Below, piece by piece: positions 49,559 to 63,105 of a stretch of 64,000 nucleotides of DNA. Within the stretch, counting starts at the first letter, position 1, and every line of letters begins with the position of its first letter. Source of the DNA: the human T2T-CHM13v2.0 reference genome, Homo sapiens; assembly GCF_009914755.1 (NCBI RefSeq), contig NC_060933.1. One strand, given 5' to 3'. The translations under genes and the position numbers were made by a program. The notes under the pieces were generated by a model. It did no database searches. It saw only the letters and a program-made list of their open reading frames with translations, and was not told the origin of the DNA.

Positions 49559-50905
49559 CGTCATGGGCTGCATGATGACGTTTCCGTCAACCATGGACAA
49601 AATACATGATGGTGACCCCATAGCATGACAACAGAGCTGAAAAATTCCTCTGGCCTAGTGACATTGTAGCTTTCCTAATGTCCTAGCACAATGCATTACT
49701 CACATGTCTGTGGGGATGTTGGTGTATGCAAGCCTACCACACTCTCTGTTGTATAAAAGTATAGCACATACAATTATGTACAGTACATAATACTGGATTA
49801 TGATAATAAACAACTATGCTACTGGTTTAAGTATTTATTCTACTATACTTTTAATTGTTATTTTTATTATTTTGTAGAGACAGAGGTCTCACTATGTTGC
49901 CCAGGCTGGTTTCAAACTCCTGGCCTCAAGTGAGCCTCTCGCTTCAGTTTCCCAAAACACAGGAAATACAGTTATCAGCCACCATGCTGGGCCTTTTTAT
50001 TGTTATTTGAGAGTGTAGTCCTACTACTTATTAAAATCAGTTAACTGTAAAACAGCCTCAGACAAGTCCTTGTAACTGTAAGACAGCCTCAGACAATACC
50101 TCCAGGAGGTATTGCAGAAAAGGCATTGCTATCATAGGAGATGACAGCTCCATGTGTGTTATTGTCCCTGAAGACCTTCCAGTGGGACAAGATGGAGGTA
50201 GAAGACAGTGATATTGATGATCCTGATTCTGTGTAGTCCTAAGCTAATGTGTGTGTTCATATCTTAGTTTTTAATAAAGGAGTTTAAGAGTGAAAAAAAC
50301 TATTTATAAAAGCTCATAGAATGAAGATGTAAACCCTCATGTACACCCATATGTGTGTTTTAAGCTAAGTGTTACTACAAGTCAAAAAGTTTAAAGAAAT
50401 AAAACATAAAGTTTTAGTAATCTAGGTTTATTATTGAAGAAAGAAAATTTTAAAATAAATTTAGTGTAGCCTAAGTGTACAGTGTTTATAAAGTCCCCAG
50501 TAGTATCCGGTAATGTCCTAGGCCTTCACTTTCACCCACTACTCACTCACTGACTCACCCAGAACAACTTCCGGTCCCGCAAGCTCTACTCATGGTAAGT
50601 GCCCTATACAGGTAGATAATTTTAAAAAATATTTTAAAATTTCTACTGTCCCTGTTCTATGTTTAGATATGCTCAGATACACAAACATTTACCATTGTGT
50701 TAAGTTGCCTACAGTATTCAGTACAGTAACAGGCTTTACAGGTTTGAAGCCTAGGAGTAATAGGCTACATCATGTAGCCTTGATGTACAGTAACCTTTAC
50801 CATCTATTTTTGTGTAAGTACATTCTTTGATGTTTGCACAATGACCAAATTGCCAGACAATGCATTTCTCAGAACAAATCCCTTTCGCTGAGTGACACAT
50901 GTCTG
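49559..50905 (+). mobile_element. Tigger3b DNA transposon, near full length (contains FLAM)
   Basis: Left end TA-CGTCATG...GACGTTTCCGTCAAC; right end GACACATGTCTG; colinear with the copy at 10550-12048. Confidence 0.9.
49861..49993 (-). mobile_element. FLAM (free left Alu monomer)
   Basis: Single ~130-bp monomer; TSD approximately TTTTAATTGTTATTT / TTTTTATTGTTATTT. Confidence 0.85.
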
Positions 50906-51069
50906 CAGAAGACAACTGAGGATACCAGTTTGAGATCCATTAAGACTTGGTTATGGCATATTGTTTAGCATGGTATTTGACTCTGCTAGTGTGCTTAGAA
51001 TTTTCTGGTGAATTATCCTGGGATAATCTGGGATACTTGTGATTCTGGCCTGACTTTTTTTTTTTTAAG

Positions 51070-51520
51070 TCTTTTATTCTGGAATAATTTTAGATTTACA
51101 GAAGAGTTGCAAAGATAGTGCAGATAATTTCTGTACACCTTTCACCCAGCTTCCATTCAGCTTAACATGTTACATAACTATCCAGGAAGAACAGATGTCC
51201 TAGTTTGAGGGCTGCCAGCAGGAGAATCCCCTCTTACTCAGAGAAGGGTGAGCTGCTTGTTCTTTTCAAGCCTTCAAGTGATTGGATGAGACTCCCTACC
51301 CCCCACATCATGGAAGACAATCTGCTTTACTTAAGCTACAGAAAAAAAAAAAAAAACAACTTCACAGAAACACCTAGAATAATGCTTGACAAAATAATTG
51401 AGCATCTCCATGGGCCAGTATAGTTGACATATAAAATTAACCATCACACTCTAGTACATTTATCAAATCTAAGCAATTAATATGGAACCAATACTATGAA
51501 CAAACTACAGACTTTCTTTG
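51070..51520 (-). mobile_element. L1MC/MD-like 3' end interrupted by MLT2
   Basis: AATAATTTTAGATTTACAGAAGAGTTGCAAAGATAG...; resumes AGTACATTTATCAAA...CTACAGACTTT. Confidence 0.7.
51181..51448 (-). mobile_element. MLT2 (ERVL) LTR fragment
   Basis: GATTGGATGAG...AATCTGCTTTACT...CACAGAAACACCTAGAATAATG...GTTGACATATAAAATTAACCATCACA. Confidence 0.85.
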
Positions 51521-51821
51521 GAGGCTGATCATTGTTTTTTCATTACAACAGCCTTACGCAGACCAAATGACCTCAGTGTTAGATACCAGAGTTGAGACTA
51601 TTGGATCAGTACTACCAAAACCAAGCAAGATAGCCAGACGACATGAGCAGAGAGGTAGGAAGAACACTGGGCCAGCAGACTACTTGAATTCTAATCCTGG
51701 CTTTGCTACTGAAAGGCCCTGAGTCCTAGATAAGCTAAAAAAAAAAAAAAAAAGTCCCTTCAAGCTCTAAAAGTCTATAGAAATTTAAGAGGGAAAGTAA
51801 AATATGTATGTGCATGCAAGT

Positions 51822-51852
<31 letters not shown>

Positions 51853-51875
51853 CACACACCACACACACACACACA
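51822..51875. repeat. (GCAC)n(CA)n compound microsatellite
   Basis: Seen directly in the sequence. Confidence 0.92.
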
Positions 51876-53754
51876 ATGTGGTCCTGCTTCTCTGAGGTCT
51901 CTCCTCTACCCAGTGCAGTGCGGCAACGTGGGATAAGATTATTATCACTCAGGCCCTCAGATCTCAGTGCTGATAAGTTCAGCTAAGCCTAGGCCCTCCT
52001 CCAACTGCAGCTAACCACCGTCTCAGCCCACCTTGAACCTCCACTGAACTCACCATTCTGATCTCCCAGCAAGACGTGGCCCTCTTCTCTGATCTATCTC
52101 TCTTCTCTGATGCCTGGCCTTCCTACCTCCTTTAGGGTTGGTGGCTTCTCATTCTTTCTGCTGGTTTTTATGACTTGGTCATTGGCCCGGGGAGTCCTGG
52201 GTGCTAGATTGAGATAGCCCTCTGTAGGATATGGTCCCTGCCCTGCATCCAGCTTCAAAATGTTTATCATATCACCACTTGTATTTTAGGAATATGTGCC
52301 TGCAATGAAAGTCCTCCCTTTCTTGCACAAGGTGGAGCACTGATTTGCTGCTCATGTGCATGTGTGCACACACACACTCAACCTGAAAGGAACGGATCGT
52401 GAGGGCTTCCCTGAGCAGGTGTCCTTTCTGCATATAAGGAAGCTAGCCAGAAATAAGTGGTGTGACATTTAGGGAACATTTCTAGATGACTTTCAGATGA
52501 GGAAGATTGAAACAATAAGAGGCCAAGTTCAGCCCAATAAAAGCAAGGACTTCAGGGAACACCAGTCAGCCTTAGCCCAGAGGCAGCAATGGCAGAAGAG
52601 TGTGCAGCTGATGCACATGACCTATAATTGCCAAATGGGCAGTGATAACTTAAAGCCTTTATATTCATAACTCTCCTCTTTGTGGTCCCATTTCACATCC
52701 TCTTCTGGATGGTTGTACACTACAGAAATGTCAGCACATTTCCACTGAGGGGGTGATGGCAGAATTAGAAGTTATTACGTGTTTGAGTTTCTTAACCATA
52801 TTAAATCTGCACCTACTATGTACCAGGTCTTGTTGCCAGTAGTTATAGACCGGGGATAAAAAGATGAATAAGGCATGATTCTAAACATCAAGGAGCTCAT
52901 AGACTGAAGGGAAGGGGCAAATGGAAAAACCATGTAGTAAATTGTGTATAAATGCTGGGCTCTAGGGGTGAAGGGGAATGAGTGAAGAAACCAGCACTCC
53001 TGGCACACCTGTGAGTATAAAGATGTGAGGTTAGTGCCCACACTTTCAGCTCAGGCTCAGAGTAAAGAGACACAGATACTCATTCCTACTGCTAGCACCT
53101 TTCTTTCTTCCCTAACCTGTAAGACTGGACCCCAACTAGCCTGCTTACATAAGTATCTACAATTCAACCTGTAATCTAAAAAAGCCAGATTCAGAGGTTC
53201 TAAAATTAGATATTGGTAATGGTTACACAACTCTGTAAATTTACCCAAGCTCCTTAAAAATGTACATTTAAAATGGGTGACTGTTATTGTATGTACATTA
53301 TATCTCCAAAAAAAGCTCTTAAAATAAGGCAGATTCATGTTCTGGATGCATGTAGGATTGTGCAGTACTGCAGATCAAAATCATCACGGCTTCCCTAATT
53401 TCCCCAACATAAAATCCCTATCTTTGGCCTGACATTCAAAACACTGCAAGAAGTAAGCCTCAACTCTGGGCAGTGTCTTGTGCCTTAAATGTGCTGGTCT
53501 CCTGCATGGCCAGCATGTTCCATTCCATTGCAACGCATTCTGTTTCTTTCCATTCTATCTTTTTCCATATTATCCCATCCCACAAGATTTTGTTTGCCTC
53601 TTTGTTTGTTTTAAGAACTTACTTTAGCAATGCATAGCTCTATGATGAGTACTAAAAATATAGAGATGAAGAAAACAAAGTTCTGCCCTCCAAGAGTTCA
53701 CAGGTGCACTTGTTCATTGTGAAGACGGATATAGAAACCGACAATTACAACAAT

Positions 53755-54005
53755 AATAGCCAACATTAATGTAGTGCTTCCCATGTGCCAGGTACTGTTC
53801 TCGGTGCTTTTATAAATATGAGCTCGTCTCATTTTTATAACTACCTTATGGGGAAGTACTATTATTATCTCCATTTTACAAAAAAGAGAACTAAAGCAGA
53901 AAATGATTAAGCAAAATGCCCAGCGTCTTAATATGAGTAGGTAGCAGAGCTCAAATTTAAATCTGGGGATCCTGCTTCCTGAATTCATGCTCTTAACCTC
54001 CATGT
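53755..54005 (-). mobile_element. MIR SINE, near full length, within L2-like sequence
   Basis: ATGTGCCAGGTACTGTTCT...CTCCATTTTACAAA...GCTCTTAACC. Confidence 0.8.
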
Positions 54006-54142
54006 GATGGAGAGATCTACACAAATCAGAGGTAGAAATATTTCCCAAGGAGGTGACATCTCAGCTAGTTTTGAGAGAGGAGATGATGAGAAGCCATGTG
54101 CCACACAGACATGGGAGAGAAGATCAATTAAAAGCAGATGCA

Positions 54143-54566
<424 letters not shown>

Positions 54567-54600
54567 TTATGAGGAACTGGATTACATCAGATTGAGGTAC

Positions 54601-55145
54601 TGTATCAGTTAGGATGTGTTTGGCCTAAAAGAAGCAGAAAAGCATGACCAAAACTGGCTTAGACCATAAAGATATGAATTGTTGCTTATATCAGAAAGTC
54701 CAGAGATAGTAAGGATTTCAGAGTCGGTCAAGTCATCAGCTCAACTGTGTCATCAAGATCTATCCTTTCCATCTATCCACTCTGGCATGTTCAGCGGTGG
54801 TTTATATCTCAAAATGACTCCGTTCAAGGTCTCAAGAAGGCAAAATATTTTCAAGATTCCTAGCCAGATGTGGCAAAGTTCAAAATCAGTGAGCAACTAT
54901 AACAGTGTATCCTTCTTAAGAGAAAGGTGAACTTTTCCAGAAGACCTCCTCCTGTCCCACTGGCCAGGACTGAGGATCACGTATCAACTCTCACAAATCA
55001 CTGGGAAGGAAAATCCCTATATTGGTTTAGCTCTTAGAAAGGGATGGGGCTCACCTTTCCCTGAGTCACACATGCAAATGGTAAACATTTGCACCAAATT
55101 CATGTTCTGTGAGTAATGAAATGGGGACTGAATGTCAGGCAGCCA
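54601..55145 (-). mobile_element. MLT1K-like old MaLR LTR
   Basis: TGTATCAGTTAGGATG...CAGCTCAACTGTGTCATCAAG...TTTTCCAGAAG...CACTGGCCAGGACTG. Confidence 0.65.
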
Positions 55146-55299
55146 GTGAGAATAAAACTCAGCCTTTTAACCTAAAGGCTATGAAGGTAGAGGGTAGGGA
55201 AGGGCAGGATACCAAAGTTAAGACAAGTCCAAACTGAGGCTGAGAAGCAATCTTTTATTCATACATTCATTGCCTTTTAGCACTCTAGCCTACAGTCAC

Positions 55300-55400
55300 A
55301 TTTCTTCTTTTCTTCCTTTCCTTCCTCTTTCATTCTCTTTATGTTTCTCCCTTTCTCCCTCCCTTCTGCCCTCCCTCCCTTCCTTCCTTCCACTTTCCTT
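55300..55400. repeat. CT-rich polypyrimidine low-complexity tract
   Basis: About 100 bp of (CCTT/CCCT)-like sequence. Confidence 0.85.
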
Positions 55401-55565
55401 CTATTAAACACAAGTTTATCAAGTCCCACATGGTTTATTATTTGGCCAATATTTTTCTTAGTGCTGCTGGAATCACAGTTATGAACAACACACATAGAGT
55501 TCTGGATGTCCCGTGTTTTGTGTATCAAGGAGTCTTTGTTTCCCTTCAACTTACCCCATCCCACC

Positions 55566-55957
55566 TGTATTAGTCTGTTTTCACACTGCAATAAAGAACT
55601 ATATGAGACTGGGTAATTTATGAAGAAAAGAAATTTAACTGACTCACTGTTCCACAGAATTAACAGAGAGCATAACTGGGAGGCCTTAGGAAACTTACAA
55701 TCATTGCAAAAGGCAAAGGGGAAGCAAGGTCCTCCTTCGCATGGTGGTAGGAGAGAGAGAGAGCACGTGTGTGCAAAGGAGGAAGTGCCACACTTACAAA
55801 TAATCAGCTCTCTTGAGAACTCACTTACTATCATGAGAACAGCAAGACAGAAGTACACACTTATGATTCAGTCACCTTCCACCAGGTCCCTCCCTGACAC
55901 TTGGGGATTACAATTTGAGATGAGATTTGGGTGAGGACACAGAGCCAAACCATATCA
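55566..55957 (-). mobile_element. MSTA/THE1D-type MaLR solo LTR
   Basis: TGTATTAGTC...GCCAAACCATATCA; TSD CCACC/ACACC. Confidence 0.9.
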
Positions 55958-57489
55958 ACACCTCTTCCTTTAGAAAGCCTTTTATGAACATCCCAGTCCC
56001 CAGTGATCTCTCCCTTCTATCAGAGTTTCTACTGTCCCTGAGGCTCCCCACTAATTCTTATGGAGCCTAGTGTGAAAAAATGCAGAGACATCCTGTGGAA
56101 GATTCTGTGGACATCAAAAGCATCCTGGAACAAGGGTATGCATGTTTATTCCCCCACCCCCAACTTAAACTCCCCTCTCCTTCTTTCACTGTCTTTTTAA
56201 ATTCTCTGATAACGATTATTGGTTTTCTGTAGCCAAAGGGCAAAATTAATAAATTCCTTAGCTGTACAACTTTCTCGAAATCTAATAATGATCACTGAGT
56301 GTTAGAGCTGAGATAAAGAATGAGGACCATAAAATAGAAACAGGGAAGGAGAAAAATCCAATGAGCATGCTGGTGTGTGAGGGGTTGAAGGGGTATCAAG
56401 CCTGTCTACTCCGGGAGTGTTTTTCGTTAAGGTCAGGAATTTGAGCCTTTAAGAAAAAGAGGAAGGTCTAATCTTGGGGGCTTGAGGTGGGAAGGATGCA
56501 GGGCAGGAAAAGGGTGGGGAGGATGAGAGTGGTAAGTGCTCCAGGATCTCTGTAGACCAAAGGATTAATGTGCCACCTTTATCTTTTAAGGCTTTTCCCC
56601 ATGCCACCCCCAACCTCCATAATGGGAATTGGGACTAGAGGATTCAACTAGCCTGAGTGGCCACAAGTACACATTTTTGTCAAAAAAAAAAAAAAAAAAA
56701 CAACCCAGATTGTCTTTAAATTTCTAGGTGGGAAAAAGCAGGACAGAGTTCTCCAATGTGTATTAAGCCAAAGCAGGTTATAAGGAGAGGAGAGGAATGT
56801 TGCCAGGAGATATAGACTAACCCTTGATATTTCTTCAAGGGACATTCTACCTGATGTGTATTTTGGAAGGCAGTGGGGACTTGAAAATGGTTTTAGAATC
56901 TGACAGTTCCTTATTTTATTCCCTGATCCATCACCTGTTGGACGTGGGGCATTTGGAAGTCACTCAACTTCTAAGAAACTTAGTTTCTTACTGAGTGAAA
57001 TGGGATTCACGTTTTCTGTTCATTCTGCCTCTGTGGTCTGTTTTCAAGATAATGAATGTGAACGTCTCACAGAGACATCTGAGTTAGGCTGATGAGGTTG
57101 TTATTTCTTCTGGGAAGATGCTTTTTGCTTCCCAAAGGGATTGCATTGCCAATCTCACTGAGTAATTTATGTGTAAACAACTTTGATTTTCCATCTCAAT
57201 GACTTTCTTTTTCTATTCTCTGTTTCAGCATATCCCAGATCTGTATACTCCCTCCTAAAAGCAAGGGGGAATAAAAGTTACATGCATCTTTTTCTTACTC
57301 ATGAGGATATGCAGAAGGAGATTTCTTTGGTCCAAATTTAGCTAGCAGACACACAGACTCATTCTCAAAGCATAAAATTTGGATTCAGGCAGTATTTTTA
57401 TAGTCCTGGTCAGACCAAGGAATATTTTTCCATGAACCATTGGAGAGTAAGTTGCCAACCAGATGCCCCATTAATCCAAACACTTTAGT

Positions 57490-58435
57490 GCTATTTTCTA
57501 CCAACAAAACAGTCTCATAGATTATAACAATATAGCCATCAAAATCAGGAAATTAACACTGATTCATCACTACTGTGGGATCCTCAGGTTCCATTCAAGT
57601 TTTGCTGAATGTCCTAATAATGTCCTTTAGGGAAAACTATTCAGGTCAGAACCATGCGTTGTTTTAATAGGTAATGTCTTTTAGTCTTTAAATTCAGAAT
57701 GTGCTCTCAGTTTTTCCATGTCTTTCATAATCTTGAAGCTTTTGACCAGCAACCCTTTTCAATTTGGGTTTATCTGATGTTTCTTCATAATTAGGTTCAG
57801 GACTTACGTCTTCAGATGGAATATCACATAAGTCATGATTCTTTGATAGGGCATTCTATCAAGTGGTCCATGATTTTGATTTGCCCATGAGGGTGATACT
57901 CACTTTGTTCATTCAATTAAGATGTTGTCTGCCAGTCTTCCCTACTGTAAAGTAACTCTTTATTCCTTTGTAATTGTGAAGTCCTTTGTGGGGAGGTACT
58001 TTGAAATTATGTAAATATCTCTTTCCTCATCAAACATTAAATGTATTCATTTATTAGTGCATATCAGTATCAAATGGTGGTTTCTTGTTTACTGACTGGG
58101 TTATACTATATTAATATAATTATTTATTTTGATGCTCAACTTGTACCAAATTTGACCAGTGGCAGTGTCCCCAAGCTAACTCCTAGGTCTTTGAACATGT
58201 TTCCATACTTCTGACTTGCTTTCTGGAACAACAAGATATTCCTGGTATAACTTTAATTTTCCTTGTTGTAGCTTTGGAGTCAGCCATTTCTCCCAGGAGC
58301 ACTGATTGTTTTTAGTAGAAGTGGTACTTAGAGGCCAAGATCTGGATACTACATATGCTCATTGCTATTGGGTAATGGAGGGTTGGGGTAAGGAGGGTTG
58401 CTGTCCTTGAGCCCTTTCAGTAGATAGAGTTTGAC
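57490..58435 (-). mobile_element. L1MC4/5-like fragment
   Basis: ATCAAAATCAGGAAATTAACACTGAT...TTTGGGTTTATCTGATGTTTCTTCAT...AGCCATTTCTCCCAGGAG...GAGGCCAAGATCTGG. Confidence 0.78.
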
Positions 58436-58439
58436 TTAT

Positions 58440-58441
58440 AT

Positions 58442-58487
<46 letters not shown>

Positions 58488-58524
58488 CAGAAAAACAGAG
58501 ACAGAGAGAGAGAGAGAGGAGAGA
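58440..58524. repeat. (TG)n(GA)n compound microsatellite
   Basis: Seen directly in the sequence. Confidence 0.92.
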
Positions 58525-58536
58525 AATAATTTGGTG

Positions 58537-58836
58537 TTTTTTTTTTTTTTTTTTTTTTTGAGAAGGAGTCTCACTCTGTCACCCAGGCTGGAGTGCAATG
58601 GCTCAATATGGGCTCACTGCAACCTCCACCTCCTGGTTTGAGCCATTCTCCTGCCTCAGCCTCCCGAGTAGCTGGGATTACATGCACACGCCACCACCAT
58701 TGGCTAATTTTTTATTTTTAGTAGAGACTGGGTTTCACCATGTTGGTCAGGCTGCTCTCGAACTCTGGACCTGGTGATCTGCCCACCTCGGCCTCCCAAA
58801 GTGCTGAGATTACAGGCATGAGCCACCATGCCTGGC
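58537..58836 (-). mobile_element. AluS SINE
   Basis: T23 run followed by a full reverse Alu. Confidence 0.95.
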
Positions 58837-59509
58837 TTCTTTCTCTTTTTCAAAACAGTAATAAGACTAGTACTTCTCAAAATATATCCCGGCAAACTCT
58901 TAATATACACTCTGTAAATAAAAGAGATCCAAGGTCAACCAAGTCTGGCAGATACCAGACTTCTCTGAGGTTTGAAAATGCTCCTGAGCTTGGTGGCCAC
59001 CCAAAGAGCTCTAGTATGTAGCACCTGTTTATGATATGTCAGTCCCAGTGCTAGAATGATTTGTTGCTTCTAAGTGATATAAACTGATATATTTTTAAAA
59101 AATCGTACTTGAACTCTCCACAATATATTTATCATCACTGTATGAAAATATACTAGAGAAGTACTGACCTCTCTCTCTCTCTCTTGCCTTTTCTTTGTTA
59201 AATGATGAAATCTCCTTCTCTTCTGGGGCGGAAGTAAAGAGGATGGGCTGAGACTGTATCAGAACTAGTGTAAGTGGAAGAGACTGGGTGAAGTTGATGT
59301 GAAGGCCCTGGTTCTGCCTGATTGAATCTTTGTGGGTTGGAATGGCTTGAGACTATGATTGTGACTTTTAGGGGTACAAGGTCAAATTGTGACCAATTCT
59401 AGAATTTAATGTCCAAGTAGGCCAGCCTAGGAAAAACAATAATGAAGCCTACATTTGTAGCTTCTTGGTGAATACACTAAGGGCTGGTTCCAGGGGTTAT
59501 AGAGCCTTT

Positions 59510-59715
59510 ATTGCTCAGTGGTTGAAGCAACAATCTTTGGAATCAGTTGGATTTGAGTTTGAAACTTTCTTTGCCCTGTGAGAAGGCTACGTGACTTTAA
59601 GTGTTAATATAATAATTGTACCTATCTCATAATGCGTTTGTGAGGATTAAATAAGGCAACTGTATGAAACACACTTAGACCACTGTCTAGCATATGGAAA
59701 ATGTTCAATAAACAG
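59510..59715 (+). mobile_element. MIR SINE
   Basis: CAGTGGTTGAAGC...GTACCTATCTCAT...TGTGAGGATTAAATAA...TTCAATAAA. Confidence 0.7.
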
Positions 59716-59857
59716 CAAAGTTTTTCTTTTTTTTTTTTCTTATTTTGGTGGTGATTGTTATTTCAGTATCAGTTATGAGTTTGAATGTTCTCTTACAGAG
59801 GTCTATAAAAGAATATGCAAGGAAGCCAGGAATGAAAGAGATAGCTCTAGAAGAGGC

Positions 59858-60078
59858 CAAGCTTTCTCAATCTTGCCAGCATTGGTATTTTGGGTAAAAT
59901 AATTCTTTGTTGTATTGTTTGTTCTGTGCCTTGTAGGATGTTTAGCAGCATCCATAGCCTCTACCAACTGGATGCCAGTAGTACCCTCCCAGGCAAGGCA
60001 ACCAACATTGTTTCCAGACATTGCTAAACGTCCCTTGGGGTGGAGGTGGGAAAAATTGTTCCAGGTTAAGAACCATTG
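59858..60078. mobile_element. MER20 DNA transposon, full length
   Basis: TTTCTCAATCTTG...GTAGGATGTTTAGCAGCATCC...GATGCCAGTAG...GGTTAAGAACCATTG. Confidence 0.88.
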
Positions 60079-60705
60079 TGATAAAGGAAGTAATTTTCCA
60101 GTGAGCTGAGAAGTGGGTAGAAAATGAAGGAACAGAAATGACAAAAAGAAAGTAGTCAGTTAATAAATTTGCTGCTGAGGGAGGGAGGGAGAGAGAGATA
60201 TATATTAATGGATAACTAGAGGAGAAGATTAAGAGGATTATTGTTATTGCAAATTATTATTCATTTTTAATAAAAGATATGGTTGGATATGTTTAAATAC
60301 TGAAAGAACATAGCAAATACTGAAGGAGAAGTTAAAGTTTGTCACGGGAAGTTACAGTTTGTCATGGGAAGTTACAGTTTTCCTTTGGCAAGCTTCCCTT
60401 CCACCTTATTCTGGTAGGAACAGGAAACACCCTCCAGCCCCACTTCTCTTTTCCTTTCATGTCTAGAATTACCTCTTTCTCACTCCATAAGGCTATAGGG
60501 AAAATTAGGTTACTAATATGTAAGTACCCTCCCTCCTGGCCATAGTACATGCCAGATCTGGCCAGTCATAGCACCTGATTCCCCTTTGCAGTAAGTGTCC
60601 TTGGCTGGGACAAAACAAATCCTTCCTTGGAATTTTATACAACATATGGAGGAAGATAGATTCTTTCTGTTTCCTTTATGTTAAAGATGTAAGAATGTGT
60701 CTCTA

Positions 60706-61164
<459 letters not shown>

Positions 61165-62299
61165 TCACACAGCATCATCACCAATCATGTGGAACAGTTG
61201 GTTCCCATTTATAGTTAAGTCAGTTAGGTTTGGTTTTGGCATAGACTGTGAATAGAGTCTACAAAGATAAAGGAGAGGGAAGGTATGATCAGTAGAACAA
61301 GGTCCTTCAATAAACTGAAGTGCATGAGATCAGGGTCAGGCAGAGAGATTTCCCTTAGATAGGAAGCAAGCCACACTCTAGAGATGAGTAGGAGAGGGTG
61401 GTATTGGTATTTGGTGGCAGAAGCTATGGGAGGCACCATGGTTAAGATCAGTAGGGGATCTGTAAGCATGCAATCACCAGCAAGTTATCTATGATCTCAC
61501 TTTTCTCTCTTCCACTCAAGGTAACATTCCCCAAACACAAGTGGGAGATGTTATTTTACTTCTAAGGTCATATCCATTGCATTTTAAAAAATCCCTCCAA
61601 AAGACAAAATATTTTGAAACTTGAGTAATTAGACTATTATTAGCACTACATTTCTGACAACTTACCTAACCCCATAGTTTCAAATACTAAAAATCAGAGT
61701 AACTTGAGTAATGTGACTATTTTTGTTGTTACATTTCTTGGGACTTACCCAATAACTCATGTGGTCAAAGCCTGTGGGTTGTGCCACTATAGCTGAGAGC
61801 AACTGTATTGACTAAAATCACAATAATATGTAAGCTTTTCCATTACTTGATTATAACTGCATTACTGTATTTGTAACTGCCTTTTAGTTTATTCTTAATG
61901 CTAGTGAGCACTTGACATGATTTGAGAGTTGCAGAAAATAGCCCAACCACCACCACGACTTTATGAATAGTAATGCATGGGGTATGTCTGACTACTTACT
62001 CTAGACCTACCATAGACATGACTAATCAATTCTGGCATTCATTCCTATTGGGCTCGCATGCAGCCACAGAATCCTTCTCGGCCTTATGCTCCAGAGAGTA
62101 TAAGGCTGGCCTCAAAGATGCAATGCATTTGCTATTGTTGATTGGCTTAGAAGCTCTTGGGGTTCATTCCTGTTCATTTCCTGGTGAAGAAGAAATGGCC
62201 TCCAGGATCTGGCAAGAATAAGGGCCCTGGAGCAGCCTTGAGCATCTGGCTCTCAATTTCCGCATTCTTTCTCTCCCTTTAAGAAGAGGTGAGATGTGA

Positions 62300-62640
62300 T
62301 GAGAGGCACAGGCTGTGAGGCCTCAGGCTTTTATCTCTGGCAATGACATGGGCAGCGTGACATGCAGGGTAATGAATTGCCGTCTTTGCAGAAATGAATA
62401 AGTTGTGGTCAGTGATGAAATGATCAATTTGCTCCATCATGTTAAGCTGCCCATTCATCATCCACACCTGCTGTCAGGAGCCCAGGGCCGCTGATATTGG
62501 CCTCAAGCCTCTTCCTCAGCTAGCCGAGCAATCGCCGTTGGAGCTGCCTCCAAGCTCAAGGCTGCCTTTGATTACAGCCTTTGAGGAGGGGCCCAATTAC
62601 TTACTGCTCAGCCACCGGTGACTCTGAAAACAAGGGACAT
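62300..62640. promoter_or_regulatory. Candidate conserved enhancer
   Basis: Repeat-free with several retained CpGs; TAATGA, CCAATTA, CTGTCA, CACCTG and a CCTTTGAT/CCTTTGA pair. Confidence 0.4.
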
Positions 62641-62959
62641 TTGTGCTGACCTGGGCTGTTGACATGTAGCCTAACAAAATGTGAAAGACCCTCTGACAGG
62701 GATCCAGGTGGCCCGTCTTATTGTCCCACAGTGCGACCTTGGGCCAGGCCATGTCATTTCTGTTCCTTAGCTTCTCTATTATAAAAGGAAGGGGTGGAGG
62801 AGACTCCCAGTTCTCCATCTCCGACCCAATAGATCTGCAAATGTCTGCTATGGAAAGGACAGTTTGTGATTTTAACTCCCCCACCCACTGAGGCAAATAA
62901 CAGCATTTATTAGCTGAGATTGTTTGGCAGCAGTGAATCATTCTTTGGCTTAACTGAAA

Positions 62960-63105
62960 ATAAGGTGTAATTATCACATTTTACTGATAAGGAAACTGAG
63001 GCCTAACAAGGTTAAGTGGGGTGCCCAAAGCCACAAAGAGAGGTTGTGTTATAGTTACAATTGAATCTGTATCTGTTTGACTTCTAAACCCTTGCTTTTC
63101 CCACT
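62960..63105 (-). mobile_element. MIR SINE
   Basis: CATTTTACTGATAAGGAAACTGAGGCC...GGTTAAGT...GCCCAAAGCCACA. Confidence 0.75.

Noticed and set aside
55277-55858. 193-aa ORF
   Set aside because: It spans an MSTA-type LTR and a CT-rich tract, with no protein-like features.
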